DNA from: an uncultured bacterium
GTDB lineage: Bacteria > Zixibacteria > MSB-5A5 > UBA10806
Length of the DNA stretch: 64,000 nt
Reading direction: 5' to 3'
Assembly (NCBI GenBank): GCA_965541585.1
Contig: CBEUCH010000001.1
Span: 32,001-96,000 of the forward strand
Shown here piece after piece: positions 1-8,774 of this stretch (position 1 is its first letter; each line of letters starts with the position of its first letter). The notes under the pieces were generated by a model. It worked only from the letters and a program-made list of their open reading frames with translations. It ran no database searches and was not told the DNA's origin. The translations under genes were made by a program, and so were the position numbers.

Positions 1-463
1 GGACCTCGATTGCCAAACCTCCTGCCACGGCCCGCAAGACGAAGCCGGCGGCTATGGTCATAACGTCAATAATGACCACATTTTTTAAAATTGCCGAATA
101 AGTGAGATTCAATACCAGATATGCCGCCAGCGCCAGCAATGTCAGCATATTGATGTAGGCTGCAATGGCGATCGAGAGGACGAACAGCGCAATGGAGACG
201 ATAATCGCAGCCCAAACGGGGAGGAGTCCGGAAGCCAACGGCCTTTTTGATTTGAGAGGATGGCTCCTGTCACTCTCCCGGTCGAAGATATCGTTGACAA
301 GGTAGACCGATGATGTTGCCAGGCAGAAGGCGACGAACGCCAGCATCGCCAGCCAGACCTTACCGGGCATCATGTAGACCTGCGCGAATATCAGAGCGGC
401 GAAGACGATTAAGTTCTTGACCCAGTGAGCGGGCCGCATGCTGATTAGAATACCTCTGAACAT
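1..463 (-). CDS. UbiA-family prenyltransferase (decaprenyl-phosphate phosphoribosyltransferase-like), runs off the window edge
   Basis: Manual minus-strand translation from ATG at 463: MFRGILISMRPAHWVKNLIVFAALIFA...SSVYLVNDIFDRESDRSHPLKSKRPLASG, the UbiA NDxxDxxxD...RP motif. Confidence 0.9.
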   Translation of the reverse strand, partial: MFRGILISMRPAHWVKNLIVFAALIFAQVYMMPGKVWLAMLAFVAFCLATSSVYLVNDIFDRESDRSHPLKSKRPLASGLLPVWAAIIVSIALFVLSIAIAAYINMLTLLALAAYLVLNLTYSAILKNVVIIDVMTIAAGFVLRAVAGGLAIEV

Positions 464-544
464 AACGGATTAGAATATGGATAAAAAATAGAAAAGGTCA
501 AGATGAAAGACCAGGAGACGACCTGATTTATTCCACATAAATTA

Positions 545-600
545 TAGGGGCGTATAGCAATATCCATACGGCCCGTATGGGATCTGTAAGACGCCCCTAC
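545..600. repeat. REP-like nested palindrome
   Basis: Outer arms TAGGGGCGT/ACGCCCCTA (reads GTAG on the minus strand) enclose an inner hairpin CCATACGG/CCGTATGG; intergenic. Confidence 0.6.
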
Positions 601-662
601 TTAATAAGAAATAGACGTCGGATGAAGATATCCGACGGCGTAATCAAGCAATCGTTTGGGTC

Positions 663-728
663 CTATCTCTTCTTCTTAGCTTTCTTTCTTGCTGCTTTTC
701 TTTTTGGTCTCCCCGGACCGTTATACAT
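663..728 (-). CDS. 21-aa highly basic small protein with AT-hook-like GRP core
   Basis: MYNGPGRPKRKAARKKAKKKR*; strong SD AAAGGAG 6 nt before ATG; below the ORF-track cutoff. Confidence 0.65.
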   Translation of the reverse strand: MYNGPGRPKRKAARKKAKKKR

Positions 729-822
729 CGTGATCTCCTTTCAGTTGTTCAAGCGGAAATCGTTTCTCAGGTTGTTCGATGATGAAAATATATGAACATA
801 TTGCAGCGCAAAAGCGATACGG

Positions 823-1290
823 TTATGTGCGCTTATACATCCATGTGAGGAGATGGGAGAAGCCCAGGGATTCCCAGAACCTGATGGTATCGGTGTTTTT
901 TATAGCCACCAAGAGCTCGATCTGCCTGACTTTTCGCTTTGAGAAGAACGCCAGTGTGTCATCGATGAGCATTCGGCCCACTCCCTGCCGGCGATATTCA
1001 GGCTCAACGTAGAGATCCCCGATGAAACCGAATTTCTCAAGCTTGAAGTATTTCGGTTTATGAGAGATATAGGAATAGCAGAATCCCACCAGCTCGCTTT
1101 CGGTCTCAGCCACAATGAGCCGGCATTTGGAATCCTGGATCTTCTCGATCATTTCTTTAGAGAAAATCTCGGGTGCTTTTTTCCTGATTCTAAAAGCACT
1201 ATTGAACTCGGCGTTGTAGGCCATAAACTTCCCCCACAGCCTGCCAACCTTGAGCAGCTCCTCCTCGCGTGCTTCCCTGATTTTAACCAT
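823..1290 (-). CDS. GNAT family N-acetyltransferase
   Basis: Acetyl-CoA motif LYVEPEYRRQGVG and C-terminal NxxxxxFWxxLGF. Confidence 0.9.
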   Translation of the reverse strand: MVKIREAREEELLKVGRLWGKFMAYNAEFNSAFRIRKKAPEIFSKEMIEKIQDSKCRLIVAETESELVGFCYSYISHKPKYFKLEKFGFIGDLYVEPEYRRQGVGRMLIDDTLAFFSKRKVRQIELLVAIKNTDTIRFWESLGFSHLLTWMYKRT

Positions 1291-1377
1291 GCTTATTTGG
1301 ATATTAAACCGGGAAAATCTTCAAGTCAAGCTCGATGGCCGATCCGACAGCTGCGAAAAAAAGAAGGCTCCTTCAGA

Positions 1378-2151
1378 TCAATTGGCCCTGAGCTTGATTT
1401 CGATAAATCCTAAGGCCATTTCAATCTTTGCCTTAAGCGGTATCCTGGAATCGTCATCGGACATATATATTTCAAAACTGTCGCTCAATCCGGGGAATGT
1501 CTCAAACGGTATTCGCCCCTTGATCAGGGTTGCAGGGACAATTTTGCCATCTCGACCTGCGGTTTCGACCGTTGAAATAGATTCGATTAGAACCGAATCC
1601 GGTCTTGAATGGGCGAAAACCGGTATGTAGATCGGAGCCGTAAGGGTATCGTAGCTATCTCTTATTCGAAAGACCAGTGATATGGAATCGAAATAGCGTC
1701 GATCGACGTTTTCTATCTCCTTATGAGCGGTCGAGGTATCTATTCCATTGACGCGGTCCGATTTAATCCGAATTATGTTCTTATCATAGTCAAACCAGTA
1801 TTGCACTAATTTCTTGTTCTGCGCAGACCCCTCATCGCTGCTGAAATACAGTACGGTGTAATCGTCGCTAACGATACTCCGATAAAATCCGCTTACATTC
1901 AGAATTCCCGACGATTCAACGCGGCATTCCAATTCCCTGACCGTGTTCCCCTCTCGTTCATAGGGATTGCTTTCGGTAAAATCGATCTCGGCGAATTTAT
2001 AGCCGGCATAGCTGGCTTCATACGACAGGATCATCGGTGGGGCTATTCCTTCCGACGGTTCATCACCGAAAACGAGATATGAGCTTGACAGAATATAAAA
2101 TAGCGCTGCAAGAGCCAACGTTATCCGTATTATCGACTTTTCAATCACCAT
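1378..2151 (-). CDS. Secreted DUF3108-like protein
   Basis: Signal peptide, then LSYEASYAG...DSISLVFRIR...IYMSDDDSRIPLK...LGFIEIKL. Start placed at ATG 2151 because the upstream TTG lies in a TTGACA -35 box. Confidence 0.7.
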   Translation of the reverse strand: MVIEKSIIRITLALAALFYILSSSYLVFGDEPSEGIAPPMILSYEASYAGYKFAEIDFTESNPYEREGNTVRELECRVESSGILNVSGFYRSIVSDDYTVLYFSSDEGSAQNKKLVQYWFDYDKNIIRIKSDRVNGIDTSTAHKEIENVDRRYFDSISLVFRIRDSYDTLTAPIYIPVFAHSRPDSVLIESISTVETAGRDGKIVPATLIKGRIPFETFPGLSDSFEIYMSDDDSRIPLKAKIEMALGFIEIKLRAN

Positions 2152-2275
2152 AGTCCAGATCCGGTCGTTGGAATATAACACAAAGGATGGTCGTGTCAAA
2201 TTCGCATTATAGCGGCATCACCACGGGATAGATTTGTCTCTTGACTGCCCGAGAGCTTATGGCTACATTTTTGCC

Positions 2276-2497
2276 ATGTCGGAATCATTATTTCAATTTT
2301 TCAGAGAGCAGCCTTTCTGGGCGATCTTCATAGCCGTGTTTATGATCCTTCCTATGATCGGGGCCGTCTTACATATCGTGCTGAAAGCACTGGGAAGAAA
2401 GGGGATTGACAATAGCCCGCCTGCGGCTGTTGTATCCACGCCGCCCGGGAACAACGGTGAATCCGATAACAAAGAACACCGCCGATCTCCTGATTGA
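2276..2497 (+). CDS. Small membrane protein, probably leaderless
   Basis: MSESLFQFFREQPFWAIFIAVFMILPMIGAVLHIVLKALG hydrophobic segment; TTGACT-N17-TACATT ends 6 nt before ATG. Confidence 0.6.
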   Translation: MSESLFQFFREQPFWAIFIAVFMILPMIGAVLHIVLKALGRKGIDNSPPAAVVSTPPGNNGESDNKEHRRSPD

Positions 2498-2697
2498 AAA
2501 CGATTTTCAATAAAATGCGTCATAAATAGAACCGTTTTCTCCGGTTCAAATAAATGTCGGGTTGTATCCACATTTATGGGACATATCCAATGACCCGCCA
2601 TCGGATTTGCCGGAGCCTCCGTCGCGACAATATTCATAAGGTCTTAATGTTCAAATAGTTAAATACCTGTTTCATGTTTCAATGAGATCCCTGCGGC

Positions 2698-2713
2698 TGG
2701 AACGAAAATTGCA
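2698..2713 (+). promoter_or_regulatory. Sigma-54 (-24/-12) promoter candidate
   Basis: TGGAACGAAAATTGCA, GG-N10-GC spacing, preceded by an AT-rich IHF-like tract (TTCAAATAGTTA). Confidence 0.55.
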
Positions 2714-2740
2714 GCCTTGTAGGCCGGTTATTGAATAAAG

Positions 2741-2767
2741 TTAAGGCAGGTGCGTTCTCGCCGATAA
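2741..2767 (+). promoter_or_regulatory. Sigma-28 (FliA/WhiG)-like promoter candidate
   Basis: TTAA-N15-GCCGATAA. Confidence 0.45.
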
Positions 2768-2824
2768 TCGTAGCGGTTCTTTTGAAACGTGAATATTGGC
2801 AGGACGCCCCGAAAAGGAGGGGCT

Positions 2825-2965
2825 ATGGCCAGAAAAAGAAAACCGCAGTTCAAGATGCCGGAAAAGACCTGCTGGCATCTTTACAGCCTGCAGAACCTGA
2901 ACCCTGAAAAGTTCATCAAGGTCGTAGGGAAAATACTCAAAAAAGAATACTTGCTGATAAAGTGA
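2825..2965 (+). CDS. 46-aa basic small protein of unknown function
   Basis: MARKRKPQFKMPEKTCWHLYSLQNLNPEKFIKVVGKILKKEYLLIK*; SD AAAAGGAGG; below the ORF-track cutoff. Confidence 0.6.
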   Translation: MARKRKPQFKMPEKTCWHLYSLQNLNPEKFIKVVGKILKKEYLLIK

Positions 2966-2978
2966 TCAGGAAAAACAC

Positions 2979-3007
2979 TTGACAGTCTGCTTACATCGAG
3001 ATAAATT
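2979..3007 (+). promoter_or_regulatory. Sigma-70 promoter of the M23 peptidase gene
   Basis: TTGACA-N17-TAAATT. Confidence 0.55.
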
Positions 3008-3043
3008 AGCCGGGGCTTTGGACATATGGTGAGGTGGCGCGGT

Positions 3044-3952
3044 ATGTTATCTAAAAAATATTCTGTTGTTATTGTTCCCGATAGCAATGAAAAAGTTATC
3101 AATCGGCAATTGAGCCGGGGATTTATAATATCTGTTCTCGTCGTAGCTTTCTCGCTCCTTGCTGCCAGCTCATATTTTGCCATCGGATTTTTAAATTCAT
3201 CGATAGATGGCCGGCGGATGGCTGAACTGACCACTGAAAACGGAATCCTGGCTTCGAAGATTACAGACTTGGAAAGCACCGTTCATAGCCTGAGGGCGGG
3301 AATGTCGGGTATAATTGAAAAGGATGACAATATCAGGCTAATCTTCGATCTTCCCCCGATAGATCCGGATCTCAGAGAGGTCGGTGTGGGCGGCGAAGCC
3401 GTCAATTATCCTGCGATAAATTCTGAACTCGGGGAGAGAACCTGGCTGGTAGAGGATGATATTGAGAAAATTCAAAGGCAGCTTGAATTTGAAAATGCGT
3501 CATTTGAGCAGCTTCTGTTGAAAGTGACGGAGAGGAAATCGAAACTGGATCATACTCCCACCATAAGGCCCTGTGATGGTATCCTTTCCAGAGGATTCGG
3601 CATGCATAATGATCCGTTCACCGGGTCGTTTCAACCGCACAACGGGATAGACATTGCCGCAGCCAGAGATACTCCCGTTCTCGCCACGGCCAGAGGCGTA
3701 GTAAGATATACGGGATACCAGACAAAGCTGGGAAACACCGTGGTAATCGACCATGGCAACGGGATTCGCACCTATTATGGCCATTTGAATAAGATAAAGG
3801 TCAGGAAGGGACAGAAAATATCCAGGCGCGATCTCGTGGGTCTTGTCGGATCTTCGGGTTACTCGACCGGTCCGCATCTTCATTACGAGGTTCGGATTGC
3901 GGGAAGGGCGGTCAATCCCTATAAATACATTATCAGATCGATTATTTCCTGA
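3044..3952 (+). CDS. M23 family metallopeptidase with N-terminal TM and coiled coil
   Basis: HNGID and GYSTGPHLHYEV zinc motifs; SD GAGGTG before ATG 3044. Confidence 0.92.
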   Translation: MLSKKYSVVIVPDSNEKVINRQLSRGFIISVLVVAFSLLAASSYFAIGFLNSSIDGRRMAELTTENGILASKITDLESTVHSLRAGMSGIIEKDDNIRLIFDLPPIDPDLREVGVGGEAVNYPAINSELGERTWLVEDDIEKIQRQLEFENASFEQLLLKVTERKSKLDHTPTIRPCDGILSRGFGMHNDPFTGSFQPHNGIDIAAARDTPVLATARGVVRYTGYQTKLGNTVVIDHGNGIRTYYGHLNKIKVRKGQKISRRDLVGLVGSSGYSTGPHLHYEVRIAGRAVNPYKYIIRSIIS

Positions 3953-3974
3953 GATAATGATCAGTGGAGATCCC

Positions 3975-3999
3975 AGCCCCTTTAAATGGGGCTTTTTTG
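3975..3999 (+). terminator. Rho-independent terminator
   Basis: AGCCCC-tttaaat-GGGGCT followed by a T tract. Confidence 0.7.
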
Positions 4000-4035
4000 T
4001 TGCCGTCGAATTCCGATTCCCTATATTTCAAGATT

Positions 4036-4470
4036 ATGCAAAAGGCTGTGATGGTGTCCAGATGTTTATCGGGGGAAAGATGCCGATGGGATGGCAACAT
4101 ATTGAAGGATGGTATATTGGAGAAGCTCAAGAACTGCAGGGCGGCTCTCATCTGCCCGGAGATGGATGGTGGTTTGCCATGTCCCAGACCGGCTTCGGAG
4201 ATCAACGGCGGCGATGGATTCGACGTTCTCGATGGAAAATCTACAGTGCTCGATACTGAAGGGCATGATGTTACCGATAACTATCTTAAGGGAGCTCAAG
4301 TGGCATTGAATAAGGCACTTAACGAGGCGATAAAGCTGGCTTATCTGAAAGAGAGAAGCCCCTCCTGTGGGGTAAGGGCCATTTATAACAGTGGTAAGCT
4401 GGTATCAGGTATAGGGGTGACAGCGGCGCTTTTGGAAAGGCACGGCATAAAGCTGGTATCCATGGGATGA
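4036..4470 (+). CDS. DUF523 family (2-thiouracil desulfurase-like) Fe-S protein
   Basis: SRCLSGERCRWDG, CPE..GGL..PRP, LKERSPSCG, GxGV motifs. Confidence 0.88.
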   Translation: MQKAVMVSRCLSGERCRWDGNILKDGILEKLKNCRAALICPEMDGGLPCPRPASEINGGDGFDVLDGKSTVLDTEGHDVTDNYLKGAQVALNKALNEAIKLAYLKERSPSCGVRAIYNSGKLVSGIGVTAALLERHGIKLVSMG

Positions 4471-5393
4471 ATCACGAAGAGCACCAACATCATTCAGTCG
4501 CTGCCGTCAAGCCGGGTTCCGGTCTGGAGAAACGGCTTGTATGGGCGCTTCTGATAACATTCGGCATTTTCATATTGGAGATAATCGGTGGTTTCTTATC
4601 GAACTCCCTGGCGCTGAAGTCCGACGCCGGTCATCTTTTTGGCGACGTAATGGCATTGGGTCTTTCGCTTTTTGCCGTCAGGATTTCCCGTTGGCCACCG
4701 ACAATGAGGAGAACTTTCGGCTACCAGAGGGCCGAGGTTCTGGCTGCCATGACAAACGGCCTGACGCTATTAATTCTGGCCGCATATATTCTCTTTGAAG
4801 CGTATCACCGGCTGATGGCGCCGGAACCAATCCAATCGGTTCTTATGCTGGTGGTGGCCGTTATCGGGCTGCTGGCAAACATCATCGTAATATTCCGGCT
4901 GCGGGGCCATGCCGGAGAGAATCTCAACGTCCGGGCAGCGTTCCTCCATGTTGTTGGTGATATGCTTGGATCGGTTGGGGTGGTTATAGGTGGTTTGATT
5001 ATGTATTTTACCGGTAGCTATCTGGCCGACCCGATCATCTCGTTTTTTATCGGGACCATCATTTTGTTCGGCGCCGTGGGAGTTCTCAAAGAGGGACTCA
5101 ATATTCTTTTCGAAGGTGCCCCGGGCACCATTAAATACGAAGACCTGAAGGCAGATATGGAGGCAATCGAGGGCGTTATTTCGGTGCACGACCTTCACAT
5201 CTGGACTATTTCATCATCCAATGTAGTGCTCTCGGCGCATGTCAAAGTACCCGATCAGCCTACCCATGCCGCTCAACGGATCCTGAACTCTGTGACCGGG
5301 CTTCTGAAGAAGAAGTATAAAATCCATCACTCTACTTTGCAGATAGAATGCGAGTGTTGTGCCGAAGCGGATTGCGGGTGCGTGTCCTTTTAG
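4467..5393 (+). CDS. Cation diffusion facilitator (CzcD/ZitB-like) metal efflux transporter
   Basis: His-rich N-terminus, SDAGHLFGD, NLNVRAAFLHVVGD, HDLHIW, HSTLQIE; Cys-rich tail. Confidence 0.93.
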   Translation: MNHEEHQHHSVAAVKPGSGLEKRLVWALLITFGIFILEIIGGFLSNSLALKSDAGHLFGDVMALGLSLFAVRISRWPPTMRRTFGYQRAEVLAAMTNGLTLLILAAYILFEAYHRLMAPEPIQSVLMLVVAVIGLLANIIVIFRLRGHAGENLNVRAAFLHVVGDMLGSVGVVIGGLIMYFTGSYLADPIISFFIGTIILFGAVGVLKEGLNILFEGAPGTIKYEDLKADMEAIEGVISVHDLHIWTISSSNVVLSAHVKVPDQPTHAAQRILNSVTGLLKKKYKIHHSTLQIECECCAEADCGCVSF

Positions 5394-5523
5394 CCGCCGC
5401 CCCCGTTTTTTTCCCCGGTGCCGGTGATCGGATTCAAGTTGAAATGATTCTAATCAGAAACATTGAGTTTGTATTCCGGTATAAGAAAATGTAGCTTTAA
5501 GAGTTGAATTAGAAAGGGTATTA

Positions 5524-7062
5524 ATGCAAAGGTTCGGCTCGGTCATTCTTACCATAATCGTCGGCGGCATACTTGGTGGGCTTTTCATGGTTGCGGTGCT
5601 GGGATATTTTGATAAGGCCCCGCAGGAACTCGTGGATCCGCAGGCTGACCAGAGTATCGCCCGGGACGTCGAGACCGATACGCCGGATTCAGGCCTACTT
5701 GACCGGAAGGGAATCGAGATCGATGCTGCCTCGAACGATATCGATCTGTCTCGCCGTAACGCTATTGTCCGGGCGGCGGAAGAGGTTGGAGCGGCCGTCG
5801 TATCTCTCTCTGTTATCCAGGTGGTCCATACCAGGAACACCTCGCCTTTCGGCTCTGATCTCTGGGATTTTCTTTTCCTGCCCCCGCCCAGAAGAGAAAG
5901 AGCGGTGCTATCACTGGGTTCCGGTGTCATCATCAACCCGGAGGGGTATGTCCTGACCAACGATCATGTAGTGGGTGGCGCCAAGGAGATCAGGGTTACA
6001 TTGACCAGCGGCAATGAATACCCGGGCCACTTGATCGGGACCGATCCGGTTACGGACCTGGCGGTTGTTAAGATCGTGGCGGATTCTACAGTCCTGTTCT
6101 CCAACGCAGCCCTGGGAGACTCCGATGATTTAATTATCGGTGAATGGGCAATCGCAATCGGGAATCCTTTCGGATATCTACTCGACGATCCCAAGCCGAC
6201 GGTTACAGTGGGCGTTATCTCGGCCACCAATCGCGACATAAAGCCAGAGAGAGGACAGAAGGCGACCTATCGCAAGATGATTCAGACCGATGCCGCCATC
6301 AATCCGGGTAACTCTGGGGGCCCGTTGGTGAATGCACTGGGGGAGGTAATAGGGATAAATACCTTTATTTTCACCTCCAGCCGCGGATCGGAGGGCGTGG
6401 GTTTCGCCGTACCGATTAACCGCGCTAAATTGGTTATCAACGATATATTGAAATACGGCGAGGTGGTCAAAGCATGGATCGGGCTTCAGGTGCAAACTAT
6501 CACGCCGGCGATAGCCCAAAGTCTGGAACTCAAGCGGCAGAAGGGATTGATCATCTCCTCCGTAAGCGATAGATCTCCAGCTTCTAAAGCCGGACTTAAG
6601 GCCAGCGATGTTCTTATCTCGGTTGGTCAACAGGACGTGAGCCGCCGGGCCGATTGGGAGGAGATAGAGAGCTATGCGCGAGCCGGGCGTGCCCTGGGAG
6701 TAACCGTTCATAGAGGCGAAAAGGAACTTTCCGTGGTGGTTGTGCCGGAGGAGATTCCGACCCGCCGGGCTCCCACAAAAATGGATAAATTCGGGCTGAA
6801 GGTGGCTAAGATTACGCCGTCGGTAGCGAGCTATATAGGAGTCAGAAATACCGAGGGAGTAATGGTCATGGGGGCTGAGGAATCAAGCTGGGCTGCCAGA
6901 TGGCTGCTGCAATCAGGGGATATCATCCGGCAGGTAGGAAAACGGAAGATTAGAGACCTCGATGATTACGTCGAGACGATGTCGAAAATAAAGCACGGGT
7001 TCAGGATCGTTTTTATGATCGAGCGTAGCGGTGACATATTCTTCGTCCAGGGAGTAACCTGA
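5524..7062 (+). CDS. HtrA/DegP-family serine protease with two PDZ domains
   Basis: GSGVII, TNDHV, DLAVVK, IQTDAAINPGNSGGPL. Confidence 0.93.
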   Translation: MQRFGSVILTIIVGGILGGLFMVAVLGYFDKAPQELVDPQADQSIARDVETDTPDSGLLDRKGIEIDAASNDIDLSRRNAIVRAAEEVGAAVVSLSVIQVVHTRNTSPFGSDLWDFLFLPPPRRERAVLSLGSGVIINPEGYVLTNDHVVGGAKEIRVTLTSGNEYPGHLIGTDPVTDLAVVKIVADSTVLFSNAALGDSDDLIIGEWAIAIGNPFGYLLDDPKPTVTVGVISATNRDIKPERGQKATYRKMIQTDAAINPGNSGGPLVNALGEVIGINTFIFTSSRGSEGVGFAVPINRAKLVINDILKYGEVVKAWIGLQVQTITPAIAQSLELKRQKGLIISSVSDRSPASKAGLKASDVLISVGQQDVSRRADWEEIESYARAGRALGVTVHRGEKELSVVVVPEEIPTRRAPTKMDKFGLKVAKITPSVASYIGVRNTEGVMVMGAEESSWAARWLLQSGDIIRQVGKRKIRDLDDYVETMSKIKHGFRIVFMIERSGDIFFVQGVT

Positions 7063-7223
7063 GGATTTTGAAGGATGCCCTGATTGGCTTGTGGCCCTCG
7101 CCATCGTCCTCCCGCCCTGGATTGACAATTATTGGATCGAAGATCAATCTGAAGTTAACCAGCGTATATCGATGCCCGGGATTGATACCCGTGACCGAAT
7201 TGATTTAAACCGGAGAATTCATC

Positions 7224-8603
7224 TTGAATGAGTATATGAAACCGAGAAAAGGTGAGACATTAGAGCTCGAGGTCGAGGGTCTGGCGTTCGGGGGCAAGGG
7301 CGTGGCCAAACTCGACGGTTTAGTCGTGTTCGTGGAGGGTGGCCTTCCGGGAGACAGGGCGCTGGTGCGAATTTTCAAGGTCCGGAGCAATTACTTAGAA
7401 ACTAAAATCGAAGACTTGCTGGTGCCGTCAACGCACCGTGTCGCACCGGCATGCGAGCATTTTGGAGTCTGCGGTGGCTGCAAATGGCAGAATCTCGAAT
7501 ACTCCATCCAGAAAAAATATAAGGAGGATCAACTACGAGAGTCACTCATCCATGTCGGGGGTATCGCCGATCCCCCGGTGGAACCGATCATCGGCGCGCA
7601 CAAAATATATTATTATCGCAATAAGATGGAGTTTTCGTTTCACGCCGGGGATAACGGCGAGACTTTGCTGGGACTGCATGTCGCCGGACGTTTTCAAGAC
7701 GTCTTTCAACTGAAAACCTGCCATCTGCAATCCGAACTATCGAATAATATAGTAGAATTCGTACGCCGAAGGTCAACCGAACTGGAATTGCCCCCCTATC
7801 ATATTGTCAAACATGAGGGGTGTTTACGTTTCCTGGTTATCAGGGAAGGTAAGTTCACGGGTGAGACGCTTATTAATATCGTAACCGGCGCGGGAGAATA
7901 TCCGCAACTGGAGATCCTGGCGGAGGAATTAGGCAGGGAATTCGAACCTGTCGTCTCGGTTTCTCATACCGTCAATCCGGCAAGAGCCAACATAGCCAGG
8001 GGGGAAAAGGAAAAAATCCTCTATGGCGCTGATCATATCTACGAAAAGCTGGGGGAGAAAAGATACCGGATCTCCGCCAGTTCGTTTTTTCAAACCAACA
8101 GCTATCAGGTTCAGCGGCTCTATGATCTGGCAATCGAACTTGCCGAGCCGGAGAGATCCGAGAGCATGATAGATCTCTACAGCGGGACCGGCAGCATTGC
8201 GATTTATTTTTCAAATCTGGTTAAGGAAGTCATCGGCGTGGAGACGCTTGCCGAAGCGGTTGCGGACGCCAGAGTCAATGCCCGGGTCAACAGCGCTATG
8301 AATTGTAAATTTGTTGTCTCCGATGCTGAGGACTATCTGAAGCAGTTTGTTCGGGAAGGCGGGAAATGTGACCTCATGATCTTAGATCCGCCCCGGGCCG
8401 GGTGTCATCCTAAAGTAGTCAAATCCATATCTGCCATAAAACCGGCAAAGCTGGTTTATATATCGTGCAATCCTGCGACTCTTGCCCGGGATCTGAAGAT
8501 CCTTACAGATAACGGCTATGTCCTTGAAAAGGCCGTGCCGATAGATCTGTTCCCGCATACATACCATATTGAGGCCGCCTGCCGCCTGACCCTGCGGGCA
8601 TAA
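7224..8603 (+). CDS. rlmD: 23S rRNA (uracil1939-C5)-methyltransferase
   Basis: TRAM domain, CxHFGVCGGC Fe-S motif, SFFQTN, DLYSGTG, DPPRAG, YISCNPATLARD, DLFPHTYHIE. Confidence 0.92.
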   Translation: MNEYMKPRKGETLELEVEGLAFGGKGVAKLDGLVVFVEGGLPGDRALVRIFKVRSNYLETKIEDLLVPSTHRVAPACEHFGVCGGCKWQNLEYSIQKKYKEDQLRESLIHVGGIADPPVEPIIGAHKIYYYRNKMEFSFHAGDNGETLLGLHVAGRFQDVFQLKTCHLQSELSNNIVEFVRRRSTELELPPYHIVKHEGCLRFLVIREGKFTGETLINIVTGAGEYPQLEILAEELGREFEPVVSVSHTVNPARANIARGEKEKILYGADHIYEKLGEKRYRISASSFFQTNSYQVQRLYDLAIELAEPERSESMIDLYSGTGSIAIYFSNLVKEVIGVETLAEAVADARVNARVNSAMNCKFVVSDAEDYLKQFVREGGKCDLMILDPPRAGCHPKVVKSISAIKPAKLVYISCNPATLARDLKILTDNGYVLEKAVPIDLFPHTYHIEAACRLTLRA

Positions 8604-8734
8604 TGCGGGCATTTATTAGCGGGCAATAAACTCCTGCTTCTTTACTCTATAACAATTTACAGCAATGGTTCGGAAAGTGGCCTCCGGAGTCGCCGCAACT
8701 CTAAATCTTTCCCTCGTAGCATATCGCCTGTCTG

Positions 8735-8761
8735 TTAATCCCCTGTCATAAGTGCCGATAA
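8735..8761 (+). promoter_or_regulatory. Sigma-28 (FliA/WhiG)-like promoter candidate
   Basis: TTAA-N15-GCCGATAA just upstream of ATG 8775. Confidence 0.45.
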
Positions 8762-8774
8762 TATTACCGAAGTT

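Noticed and set aside
577..795. 72-aa plus-strand hydrophobic ORF
   Set aside because: It is the antisense shadow of the lysine-rich 21-aa ORF, starts inside a palindrome and has no SD
2293..2637. 114-aa minus-strand ORF
   Set aside because: Overlaps the better supported 2276-2497 gene and the regulatory region; no motif
3964..4035. N-terminal extension of the DUF523 ORF
   Set aside because: Spans a terminator and promoter; the family motif begins after ATG 4036
8594..8625. Three direct GCGGGCA repeats after rlmD
   Set aside because: Short, irregularly spaced (11 and 14 bp) and no spacer structure; not CRISPR-like and could be chance
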